DNA from: Candidatus Altarchaeum sp.
GTDB lineage: Archaea > Altiarchaeota > Altiarchaeia > Altiarchaeales > Altiarchaeaceae
DNA: 38,372 nucleotides
Assembly (NCBI GenBank): GCA_018260755.1
Contig: JAGTWP010000007.1
Span: 1-38,372 of the forward strand
Reading direction: 5' to 3'
Position numbers and translations under genes: made by a program
The notes under the pieces: model-generated
What the model saw: the letters and a program-made list of their open reading frames with translations, nothing else
What the model was told of the DNA's origin: nothing
The model's database searches: none
Part shown: positions 8,686-17,295 of the stretch, in pieces
Layout of the letters: every line of letters begins with the position of its first letter
How positions within the stretch are numbered: the stretch's first letter is position 1

Positions 8686-9011
8686 AAAAACCAAAGGCAC
8701 CTTATGAGAAATTTTATAAAATTTTCTATTTTATTTTTATTTTTTTAGCTCATATTTTTGATATCATAAACTAATGTAAAAATTCAAAAATTTTCGCGAT
8801 CATATATAGTCAATCTACTGACTTTTTACACTCTTGAAGCAGATTGATGAATAGTATATTGTGTGTAAAATGTTGATAGATTCACTATGTACTTATATAA
8901 CTCAAAAATTTTTTAAAAATGCGATTTTCAAAAAAAAAGGGTTTTTCAACACTCTTAACAAATCAGAAAATTAAATGATTTTTTAAAATAATTAAACAAA
9001 ATATACAAAAA

Positions 9012-9236
9012 ATGGATGTTGATGGTAACGCAGTAGGGTCTGTAATATTAGGTGTTATTATTCTCGGAACAACTATAATAGGGAATGAAACAGGAAATTT
9101 AGGTGCATTAACGGCAGGTCTTATAGGATATTCCTCTGCGATGGTACTTCTTTTAAGAAATGATATGTACAAAAAAATTGATGAAATAAATAAAAAAATT
9201 GATGAACTATCTAAAAGAAATGACAAAACCAAATAA
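9012..9236 (+). CDS. Small membrane protein with a charged coiled-coil-like tail
   Basis: 74 aa with two hydrophobic segments followed by KKIDEINKKIDELSKRNDKTK. No family recognised. Confidence 0.45.
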   Translation: MDVDGNAVGSVILGVIILGTTIIGNETGNLGALTAGLIGYSSAMVLLLRNDMYKKIDEINKKIDELSKRNDKTK

Positions 9237-9289
9237 TTTACGCTCTTATTCTTATTTTTATTGATTAAGATAATTTATAAAATTTTTAA

Positions 9290-9407
9290 TTGGTAGTACT
9301 AAAACAGTAAATGATAAAATTTAATATTTAAACCAAAATTCAATAATGGGAAAGGTTAAAATACATAAAATTGTTACAAAATATCATTACATCTTTATCA
9401 CTACCAA
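9290..9407. mobile_element. 118-bp MITE-like element with ~30-bp imperfect terminal inverted repeats (TTGGTAGTnnTAAA...)
   Basis: The left end is TTGGTAGTACTAAAACAGTAAATGATA. The inverse complement of the right end is TTGGTAGTGATAAAGATGTAATGATA. A second left end begins at 38340. Confidence 0.6.
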
Positions 9408-9484
9408 AGATTTTTACTAAAATTTAAGAATGTAATATAAATTAACATAAGTTTTTAATTTAAATTTAATACACTTATATTAAA

Positions 9485-9793
9485 ATGATAGGCAGGATTG
9501 TAAATTTTAGGGGAGGGAGGAGAACACATCACACAAATCAGATGGTGTTGGAATTAAACGATGAAATTTCATCAAAGAAGGAAAATTTAGTACGGTTGAT
9601 GGGCAAAAAAGTAACATACAAAGCAAAGACCCACGATATTATCGGAACAATTACAAGAATACACGGAAAAAGAGGCGTTGTGGCGAGATTTAATAGAGGT
9701 ATGCCCGGACAGGCAATAGGAAGTGCGGTTGAGATTGCTACGGATGTATCTCTAAATCCACAGCCGGAACCCTCGATGCTGAATAAGAAATGA
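9485..9793 (+). CDS. rpl35ae: 50S ribosomal protein L35Ae
   Basis: GRIVNFRGGRRTHHTNQMVLEL...GKKVTYKA....IGTITRIHGKRGVVARFNRGMPGQAIG matches the L35Ae family. It has a short C-terminal extension. Confidence 0.85.
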   Translation: MIGRIVNFRGGRRTHHTNQMVLELNDEISSKKENLVRLMGKKVTYKAKTHDIIGTITRIHGKRGVVARFNRGMPGQAIGSAVEIATDVSLNPQPEPSMLNKK

Positions 9794-10002
9794 ACGGAGT
9801 TGAAATTGCAGAACAATGAATTCAAAAAACTATTTATACTTTTTTCTTATTGCTTTATTTTTTCTAATTATTAAACAATTAATTAAAAATGACAAAATAT
9901 GATTTAGGGGCAAATCCTCCAAAATTGTTTGGTGATTTGATTAATGCCAAAGCGCAAGTAATTAATAAGCGCGGAACCATAACAAGAACACAACAATATT
10001 AA

Positions 10003-11166
10003 ATGAAAATGACCTCACTTCGTTCGGACGCTTCAAATAAATTTAAAATCGCCTTAATTCAGGGAGATGGAATCGGAAAAGAAGTAATGGCAGAAGGAAA
10101 GAAGGTTGTTGATGCAGTAAGCGAGAAATTAAATTTTGAAATTTCCTGGAATGAATATGATTTCGGAGCGGAACGATATTTGAAAGAAGGAAAAACATTG
10201 ACAGAGGATGACTTAAAGGAATTAAGCAAAAACAAAGGTATTTATTTCAGTGCCATCGGAGATCCCCGTGTAAAGCCGGGAATTCTTGAAAAAGGTATTT
10301 TGCTCGCAATGAGATTTTACTTTGACGAGTATATAAATTTAAGGCCGATAAAATTTTTTGAAGGCGTGCAGGAAATTTTAAAGAATAAAACCGCAAAGGA
10401 TATAAATTTTTATGCCGTCAGGGAAAATACAGAGGATTTTTATGTCGGAATCGGAAGCAATGAGGCAAAGAAAAAGCATAAAGATGAATTTGAAATTTTG
10501 AGAAATCTATACAATGTCAAATTTAATCTGGATATTGAAAGCGACAAAGATGAGGTTGCTTATCAGCTCGGAATTTTAAGCAAAAAGGGCTGCGAAAGAA
10601 TCATAAGGTATGCGTTTGAACTCGCAAAAAGAAAAAATTTTGATTTGGTAACATCTGTTGATAAGGCAAATGTGTTAAATTTTTATGCGGTCTGGAGAAA
10701 GGCATTTGATGAAATTTCAAAGGAATATACAAATGATGGAATTAAGAGCGAATATCTTTATGTTGATGCTGCGGCGATGTTTTTTGTTTTAAAACCGGAA
10801 AGGTTTAAAGTTCTTGCCATTCCGAATATGTTCGGCGACATTCTTACGGATTTGGGTGCCGGAATTTGCGGCGGGCTGGGAACTGCTGCGAGCGGAAATA
10901 TTAATCCAAATGGCATATCCATGTTTGAACCAATTCACGGGAGTGCTCCTGATATTGCAGGAAAAGGTATTGCAAATCCGACCGGTCAGATTTTGGCAGG
11001 TGCAATGATGCTTGATGAATTAAAGAAAAGCGATGCTGCATACATGATAATAAAAGCAGTTGAAGATGTATTAAGGGAAGGCAAAGTAAGAACACCTGAT
11101 TTAGGAGGGAGTGCAAAAACCGCTGACGTGGGAAATGAGGTTGTCAGGAAAATAAAGGAAATGTGA
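10003..11166 (+). CDS. Isocitrate/isopropylmalate dehydrogenase family enzyme (closest by eye to the tartrate/D-malate dehydrogenase-like branch; could act as LeuB)
   Basis: IALIQGDGIGKEVM, YINLRPIK, NMFGDILTDL and EPIHGSAPDIAGKGIANP are the family motifs. The N-terminal layout (F.ISW.EYDFGAERYL..GK.L..D) resembles TtuC-type members. Confidence 0.8.
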   Translation: MKMTSLRSDASNKFKIALIQGDGIGKEVMAEGKKVVDAVSEKLNFEISWNEYDFGAERYLKEGKTLTEDDLKELSKNKGIYFSAIGDPRVKPGILEKGILLAMRFYFDEYINLRPIKFFEGVQEILKNKTAKDINFYAVRENTEDFYVGIGSNEAKKKHKDEFEILRNLYNVKFNLDIESDKDEVAYQLGILSKKGCERIIRYAFELAKRKNFDLVTSVDKANVLNFYAVWRKAFDEISKEYTNDGIKSEYLYVDAAAMFFVLKPERFKVLAIPNMFGDILTDLGAGICGGLGTAASGNINPNGISMFEPIHGSAPDIAGKGIANPTGQILAGAMMLDELKKSDAAYMIIKAVEDVLREGKVRTPDLGGSAKTADVGNEVVRKIKEM

Positions 11167-11177
11167 TTAAAATAAAT

Positions 11178-11333
11178 GTAACTGTTCAGAGGTATTAAAT
11201 TTATATCGCTCTTATATTGATTTTTACTGATGGATATAAATATATTGTTGAAGTTTTGCAAATTTTTCAATGATAATAGATATATGAGCGAAGCGAAAAT
11301 ATTTTACTTATTGAAGGGGGGCTGAATAGTTAC
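11178..11333. mobile_element. MITE, GTAACTATTCAG family, short copy A (156 bp)
   Basis: It starts GTAACTGTTCAGAGG and ends GGCTGAATAGTTAC. The subterminal sequences align with copies B and C. The flanks AAATAAAT and GAAAAAAT match at 6 of 8 positions (decayed TSD). Confidence 0.75.
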
Positions 11334-11345
11334 GAAAAAATTAAA

Positions 11346-14300
11346 ATGAAAAAAATTATTGGGTTAATTTTCCTTTTGGCTTTAATATTTGGAAATGTGA
11401 ATGCCTGCGATGTGTATTGTTTAACATGTGAAGATTGCAATTCAAAAATAAATTCGGCAAGTTCTTGGCAAACTATATGCCTCAATGCGAACATTACAAA
11501 TTACACAGGAACGTGTATAAATCCTTCAAGTTTCAACAATAAAATTTTTGATTGTCGAGAAAATATAATTGCTGGAAATGCCTTTTATGTTTCTGAAGGG
11601 GCTTTAATGCCTGCTCCAACTTATGGAATTTTTTTAAATAACAATCAAAATACTACAATCAAGAATTGTATAATATCTGGATTTGGCAATGGAATTGCTT
11701 TATATTATTCTTTAAACAGCACATTAATAAACAGCACAACCTACTCAAATGATAAAGGAATTGTTTTAAAAAATTCTCCAAACAATTTTTTAAGAAACAA
11801 TACTATGTTCAATAATAATTACAATTTTAACATTTTTTGTTCCATTATTAACAATTTTTATCAGGACATAGATATATCAAATTTAGTTGACGGAAAGGCA
11901 ATGTATTATTGGACAAATCAAAAGAACGCCCTCACTAATTGTAAAAATGCAGAAATTAATGAAACAAGCGATGTGGGTTTTGTTGCTTTAATTTCTTGTG
12001 ACAATATCACTGTTAAAAATTTAAATCTACACAACAATTCTCATGGGGTTTTACTCGTAAATACGACAAACAGCAAAATTTTAAACAACACAATAAATGC
12101 CACTCTTGGAGAAATGTTTATAAAAGGTGCGGGGATTTATCTTTTAAGTTCACAAAATAATTTTGTAATGAATAACATTTTAAGATTAAATGAAGATGGT
12201 GTTTCTTTAGTTTCCTCTTTTGGCAACCGTATAAATAGCAATACAATAAACTTAAGTGGGAATGGAATCTATTTATCCTCTTCAAATGATAATAATATAA
12301 CTAACAACACAGTGAATAATAATAATGAAGGAATCTCTTTATTTTCTTCCTCAAATAATAACATCACTAACAACACAATAACTTCTTCGACAAGTGTGGG
12401 AATCAACATTCTAAATTCACATTTCAATAGAATTTTGGAAAACAAAATTTTGGAAAACTCAAAAGGCATTATTCTTTCTACATTTTTTTTTGCAGGAACT
12501 TTTAAAAATAAAAATAACACAATAGAAAGAAATGAAATTTTGTACAACAACATTGGAATCTCTTCGCAAGATTCTTATTCAATTATAAATTCAAACGTCG
12601 TTTGTGAGAATGATTTTGACTTTAATTCATCCGATTGGGAATCAAGTTTAGGATATAATAATACCTGTAACAATCCTGATGGATGGCATGATACAAACAA
12701 GGCAGAAGGATGTACAAATACCTGTAAAATTGATTGTAATTGTTCAAGTTATAATCAATGTATAAGAAAATTGAATAATTCTAATTGTCCAATTGTTACT
12801 TTACTCAAGGACATAACATTAAAATTTTCACCTATTAGTTTTAACAATAAGACATTTGATTGTCAGGGGCATAAGATTATTGGTAAAAGTGGCAATAATA
12901 TAAGGGATATTGGAATAAAAGACATAAGTGAAAGTGTAATCAAAAATTGCATAATCAATAACTTTACTTATGGAATTTATTTGAAAAACAACTCCAATAC
13001 AATAGTAAATAATACATTAAGTTCAAATAATTATGGGGTTTACTTATCCCGTTCTTCAAGCAATATTATAATAAATAACACAATAAAAGAAAATAGTGAA
13101 TTTGATTTTTATATATCCTTCTATTGGGAGCCATTAGTTGGACTCCTTAAACCTGACTATTCAAGTGAATATTGTAATAATGTTTTAGAGAATAATGTTG
13201 GTTCGGGAAATACGCCTATCAAATTTTTTAATCATTCAATAAATTTATCAAACGAAATAGTTTCAGAATTAATTTTATGCAATGCTGACAATTCAAATAT
13301 AAACAATGTTACAATTAATGGCAATGCGAATTTAAAAAATAATGGATTATTTGTTTTTTTAACAGAAAATTCAAATTTTACAAATATAAATTCTTCAAAT
13401 AACAAACACGGATTTTATATAGAGAAATCTTCAAATAATGTCCTAACTAATATTACGGCGAATTTAAATAATGATTATGGAATTTACCTGAAAAATTCGT
13501 TAAACAACAGTATTAGTAATAGCAAGACAAACTTAAACAATAATGGAATTTTTTTACAAACATCAGCAAATAATACAATCATTAACAGTACTGCAAATTC
13601 AAATAAAGAATATGGAATTTCCACATATGATTCTTCAAATAGTATTTTGACCAATAATACTGCAAATTCAAATATTTATGGAATTTATTTATCTTCTTCC
13701 TCAAATAACACTATGAAAAACAATACTATGAAAAACAACACATATAATTTTAATATTGACGGATTTGAGATGTTTATTTCTAATTTTTATCAGGATATTG
13801 ATAAATCAAATTTAGTTGATAATAAACCCATTTATTACTGGACAAATGAAAAGAATGCTCCGAATAGTTGTAAGAATACAGAAATTTCCGATTTGGACGA
13901 TCCTGGTTTTCTTGCTTTGATTTCTTGCGACAATATTACTGTTAAAAATTTAAACCTACATGCCAATTCTCATGGAATATTGCTTGTGAATACAACAAAC
14001 AGCAAAATTTTAAACAGTGTAATAAATTCAAATTATTACGGCATTCATTTATTTTTATCACCAAACAACACATTAAATTCAAATATTGCCTGTGAAAATA
14101 CTTTCTTGGATTTTTATATGTCTTATCCTTATAATGCTTTATACTCAAATACCGGAGAAAATAATACATGTAAATTGGCGGCTTACTGGAATGATAGTGG
14201 AACACATGGATGTATCCATAGTTGTTCTGGGGCATCATGTAGTTGTAAAATAAAATTTGGTTTCAGAGGAACAATTTCTCGTTCTTGTAATTGCTGCACA

Positions 14301-14477
14301 CAATTTGATTTTGATAGCAATAGTATAACGAATATTTTTGATGCTGTTGCAGCATTAGAGTATTTAAGCGGGGAAAGAAATGAAATTTTTAATATAAATT
14401 GCTCTGATGTAAACAACAACGGAATTGACTTAATAGATATTTTCTATTTAATAGAAAAACTTCAGGGCTTGCATTAA
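11346..14477 (+). CDS. Giant secreted surface protein: two Cys-rich cap plus parallel beta-helix (PbH1/NosD-like) modules and a dockerin-like C-terminus
   Basis: 1043 aa with a signal peptide (LIFGNVNAC). It has long runs of ~22-residue N-x-I/L-x-x-N beta-helix repeats and very dense N-x-S/T sequons. There is an internal ~300-bp duplication (about 11800-12105 vs 13716-14030). The C-terminus carries two EF-hand-like segments, DFDSNSITNIFDAVAALEYL and DVNNNGIDLIDIFYLIEKL. Confidence 0.8.
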   Translation: MKKIIGLIFLLALIFGNVNACDVYCLTCEDCNSKINSASSWQTICLNANITNYTGTCINPSSFNNKIFDCRENIIAGNAFYVSEGALMPAPTYGIFLNNNQNTTIKNCIISGFGNGIALYYSLNSTLINSTTYSNDKGIVLKNSPNNFLRNNTMFNNNYNFNIFCSIINNFYQDIDISNLVDGKAMYYWTNQKNALTNCKNAEINETSDVGFVALISCDNITVKNLNLHNNSHGVLLVNTTNSKILNNTINATLGEMFIKGAGIYLLSSQNNFVMNNILRLNEDGVSLVSSFGNRINSNTINLSGNGIYLSSSNDNNITNNTVNNNNEGISLFSSSNNNITNNTITSSTSVGINILNSHFNRILENKILENSKGIILSTFFFAGTFKNKNNTIERNEILYNNIGISSQDSYSIINSNVVCENDFDFNSSDWESSLGYNNTCNNPDGWHDTNKAEGCTNTCKIDCNCSSYNQCIRKLNNSNCPIVTLLKDITLKFSPISFNNKTFDCQGHKIIGKSGNNIRDIGIKDISESVIKNCIINNFTYGIYLKNNSNTIVNNTLSSNNYGVYLSRSSSNIIINNTIKENSEFDFYISFYWEPLVGLLKPDYSSEYCNNVLENNVGSGNTPIKFFNHSINLSNEIVSELILCNADNSNINNVTINGNANLKNNGLFVFLTENSNFTNINSSNNKHGFYIEKSSNNVLTNITANLNNDYGIYLKNSLNNSISNSKTNLNNNGIFLQTSANNTIINSTANSNKEYGISTYDSSNSILTNNTANSNIYGIYLSSSSNNTMKNNTMKNNTYNFNIDGFEMFISNFYQDIDKSNLVDNKPIYYWTNEKNAPNSCKNTEISDLDDPGFLALISCDNITVKNLNLHANSHGILLVNTTNSKILNSVINSNYYGIHLFLSPNNTLNSNIACENTFLDFYMSYPYNALYSNTGENNTCKLAAYWNDSGTHGCIHSCSGASCSCKIKFGFRGTISRSCNCCTQFDFDSNSITNIFDAVAALEYLSGERNEIFNINCSDVNNNGIDLIDIFYLIEKLQGLH

Positions 14478-14479
14478 AA

Positions 14480-17035
14480 ATGAGCAAAGCAAATAATATA
14501 AGTTTTGGAATAATTTTATTTTTAGCTATAATTTTTTTGGAAAATGTGACAGCATGTGATTTTTATTGTTCAACCTGCGAAGATTGCAATTCAAAAATAA
14601 ATTTGGCAGGTTCCGGGCAAACTATATGCCTTAATGCAAGTATTTTAGTAGATCAACAAATTTGTATTTATAACCCTGAAAATTTTAGCAATAAAACTTT
14701 TGACTGCCGCGGATATGAAATTCGGTCATCATCCCTTGCAATAGCACCAGGATCTTATCCCAGTGGAATCTATTTGTATAACAAATTAAATAACACTATT
14801 AAGAATTGCATACTAACCAGCTTTATAAATGGAATTTATTTAAGGTCATCGTCAAATAATACAATAATAAACAATACGATAACAAAGAATACTTCACTTT
14901 CATTTGGGAGTTTCAACGGAATTTACTTGACATCGTCGTCAAATAATACAATAATGAATAATCACATAATATCAATAAAATATGGAATTTATACCTATGA
15001 TAATTCAAATTTTAATATGATAAAAAATAACATTTTAAATAATAACAAAGTAGGAATAACCTCCTCTAATTGCTTTCCTGACGGCGATGATATTTATTCG
15101 TGTCTTTCCAGTGGAAATTTAAACAATACAATTAAAAATAATGAAATTTTAAATAATGCTGTTGGAATTTACTCTCAAAATTCAACATCAATAATAAATG
15201 GAAATATTGTTTGCGGAAATACAAATTTGGATTTCAATTCTTCTGATTGGCTTTCAAGTTATGGAGATAATAATAATTGTAGCAATCCTGGTAAATGGAA
15301 TGATGATAATAAACAAGGATGCACTTACACTTGCAGTACAACCGCTATAAATTGTGCATGCGTATCTTGTGATGAATGCGAGGCAAAGATGAACGACCTG
15401 AATTGTCCGATTGTCACTCTAACAACAAACATAACAAATCAAACAGAAACTTGCATCAATAATCCATCGAATTTCACAAATAAAATCTTTGATTGCAACG
15501 GAAATACAATAAAAGGAAACAAAACAAAGGACAGTTACGGAATCCTGTTAAGCAAAAAGTCAAACGATACAATCAGAAATTGCATAATTAATGGCTTTGA
15601 CTACGGAATCTACATTTATGCTTCATCAGAAAACAAAATACTTAACAATACCTTAAATTCAAACAATCACGGAATTTATGTTTCGTCACCTAATTCTCTT
15701 TCATGTTCAGGTTACGGATATGTTTGTATTCATTCCTCTTATGGAGATTATGTTTATTCAGAAGTAGAAAAAAGATTTGTTCTTATTTCAGGTGATGAAC
15801 AGTCATTAAATAATGAAATCAGTAATAATTCTGCCTGTGAAAATGAAATTTCAGATATCTCTTTAAATAACGAAGGTGAAAATTTTGGGGACAATATATG
15901 TGATAAGATTTCAAATAATACAAATACAATGGTATTTTGCAGCAAAAATTGCAGTAGTTCTGAATTACAAAAAACAATGTTCTTATATTATTGTGATTAT
16001 GATGCGGATTCCTATTTCTCAAAGTCTATTTCAGGATATTGTTTTGGAAATGAGAGCTGCATTCCTGCAAATTGTTCATTAAACAACGGAAATGACTGCA
16101 ATGACGATAATGTAAGTATAAATCCAAATACTCAAGAAATAGAATGTAATGGAATAGATGAAAATTGTGACGGATTTGACAAATGCGGCAAGCGAATTTG
16201 GAGTTCAGATAAACACAACAAGGAGAAAAACACATTTTATTCTTATCAAGGGGTTTATGTTGCAGGAACGGGATTTAATGCAAGCAGTAAAATTGAAATT
16301 TATATAATTCCTCATGGAATTTCAATAAATTTAAGCGATTTCAAAATAAAAAAGAACATAACAACAGACGAAAACGGAAATTTTGGAACTTTATTATGGA
16401 ATTTGCCCGCATGGAATGAACTTTCAATATTGCATTATGATATTATTGTTGATGAAAACTTAGACGGAATTTATGAAAATAATGAAGCAATTGACGCTTC
16501 GCCGTTTGGATTTTCCGTTGATCCTATTTGGGCATCTGATGAAAATGGAAATCCAAAAGAAACTTTTTGTGATAATGAAAAAATTTATGTTAATGGAAGC
16601 GGTTTATCTGTTTCTAATACAAACATATCGTTAATTGTTGTTCCGGATATGAATTTACTCATAGGCACTAATTTAAGTAATATGAATATTACATCAATAA
16701 AAACAATAGATCTTGATGATAAAGGAAATTTTGAATCAATTGTTGATTTGGGATATTTACCAGTCGGAGATTATGATATTATTCCAGATATAGACAATGA
16801 CTGTATTCTGGATGAGGATGAGAAAAAAGCGATGGATGACAATTCATCTATTGGATTTTCAGTTATAAGATCTTATGATTTTAACAACGATAATTTAATT
16901 GATATTTTTGATGCCGTTTATGCATTAGAATATTTAAGCGGGGAAAGAAATGAAGGTGAGATTTTTAATAAAGAGTGCTCTTGTGATGGAAATTTAGCAT
17001 TTCGAGATGTTTTAAATTTGATGGGAAGAATTTAA
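14480..17035 (+). CDS. Giant secreted surface protein, paralog: beta-helix modules, MopE-like Cys motif, two Ig-like domains and a dockerin-like C-terminus
   Basis: 851 aa. The N-terminus CDFYCSTCEDCNSKINLAGSGQTICLNASI parallels CDVYCLTCEDCNSKINSASSWQTICLNANI of the upstream gene. CNDDNVSINPNTQEIECNGIDENCDG resembles the putative metal-binding (MopE-type) motif. The C-terminal DFNNDNLIDIFDAVYALEYLSGERNE is nearly identical to the neighbour at DNA level. Confidence 0.8.
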   Translation: MSKANNISFGIILFLAIIFLENVTACDFYCSTCEDCNSKINLAGSGQTICLNASILVDQQICIYNPENFSNKTFDCRGYEIRSSSLAIAPGSYPSGIYLYNKLNNTIKNCILTSFINGIYLRSSSNNTIINNTITKNTSLSFGSFNGIYLTSSSNNTIMNNHIISIKYGIYTYDNSNFNMIKNNILNNNKVGITSSNCFPDGDDIYSCLSSGNLNNTIKNNEILNNAVGIYSQNSTSIINGNIVCGNTNLDFNSSDWLSSYGDNNNCSNPGKWNDDNKQGCTYTCSTTAINCACVSCDECEAKMNDLNCPIVTLTTNITNQTETCINNPSNFTNKIFDCNGNTIKGNKTKDSYGILLSKKSNDTIRNCIINGFDYGIYIYASSENKILNNTLNSNNHGIYVSSPNSLSCSGYGYVCIHSSYGDYVYSEVEKRFVLISGDEQSLNNEISNNSACENEISDISLNNEGENFGDNICDKISNNTNTMVFCSKNCSSSELQKTMFLYYCDYDADSYFSKSISGYCFGNESCIPANCSLNNGNDCNDDNVSINPNTQEIECNGIDENCDGFDKCGKRIWSSDKHNKEKNTFYSYQGVYVAGTGFNASSKIEIYIIPHGISINLSDFKIKKNITTDENGNFGTLLWNLPAWNELSILHYDIIVDENLDGIYENNEAIDASPFGFSVDPIWASDENGNPKETFCDNEKIYVNGSGLSVSNTNISLIVVPDMNLLIGTNLSNMNITSIKTIDLDDKGNFESIVDLGYLPVGDYDIIPDIDNDCILDEDEKKAMDDNSSIGFSVIRSYDFNNDNLIDIFDAVYALEYLSGERNEGEIFNKECSCDGNLAFRDVLNLMGRI

Positions 17036-17100
17036 AATTTCCTTAACAGAGTGTAATGGAACAAAAATAAGCCCCGCTATTGTGATAATACAAAAAATTG

Positions 17101-17259
17101 TTAAAATAAATTAAAAAATTTTGCAAAGAAAATTAAAGCAATAATCACCACAATTACCATTAATGAAAATTTGAACAATGGTTTAATGACAAGTTTCCAC
17201 AATACCAACAATATCAACAATACCAACAACACAGCAATTCCGATAATAAGTTCTATCAT
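17101..17259 (-). CDS. Possible 52-aa two-TM membrane peptide (below the ORF-track cutoff)
   Basis: ATG at 17259 and TAA at 17101-17103. It reads MIELIIGIAVLLVLLILLVLWKLVIKPLFKFSLMVIVVIIALIFFAKFFNLF. It is on the same strand as trmI and downstream of it. The only support is the hydrophobicity pattern. Confidence 0.3.
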   Translation of the reverse strand: MIELIIGIAVLLVLLILLVLWKLVIKPLFKFSLMVIVVIIALIFFAKFFNLF

Positions 17260-17295
17260 TTTGAAATTTTTTATTAAAATTTTGAAATTTTATAT

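Noticed and set aside
7943-8700. Possible diversity-generating retroelement (template/variable repeat pair), suggested by the conserved ends and variable core of the tandem copies.
   Set aside because: There is no reverse transcriptase anywhere in the window. The differences between copies involve all four bases and indels, not adenine-specific substitutions.
7917-8774. Long overlapping ORFs in two extra frames across both tandem membrane genes: 7917-8318 (-), 7977-8354 (+), 8361-8678 (-) and 8403-8774 (+).
   Set aside because: The frames at 7954 and 8374 give clean TM-helix proteins with a start codon behind a conserved leader. The +1 frames translate to Cys/Arg/Asn-rich nonsense. The antisense frames are the usual hydrophobic mirror of a G/T-rich membrane gene. 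There is no independent start context, so I treat them as by-products of codon composition.
8841-8900. A C/D-box-like sequence (TTGATGA ... TGATAG) in the 326-bp gap after the tandem membrane genes.
   Set aside because: There is no CTGA D' or D box at the required 12-nt spacing and no terminal stem. It only superficially resembles the real sRNA at 28533.
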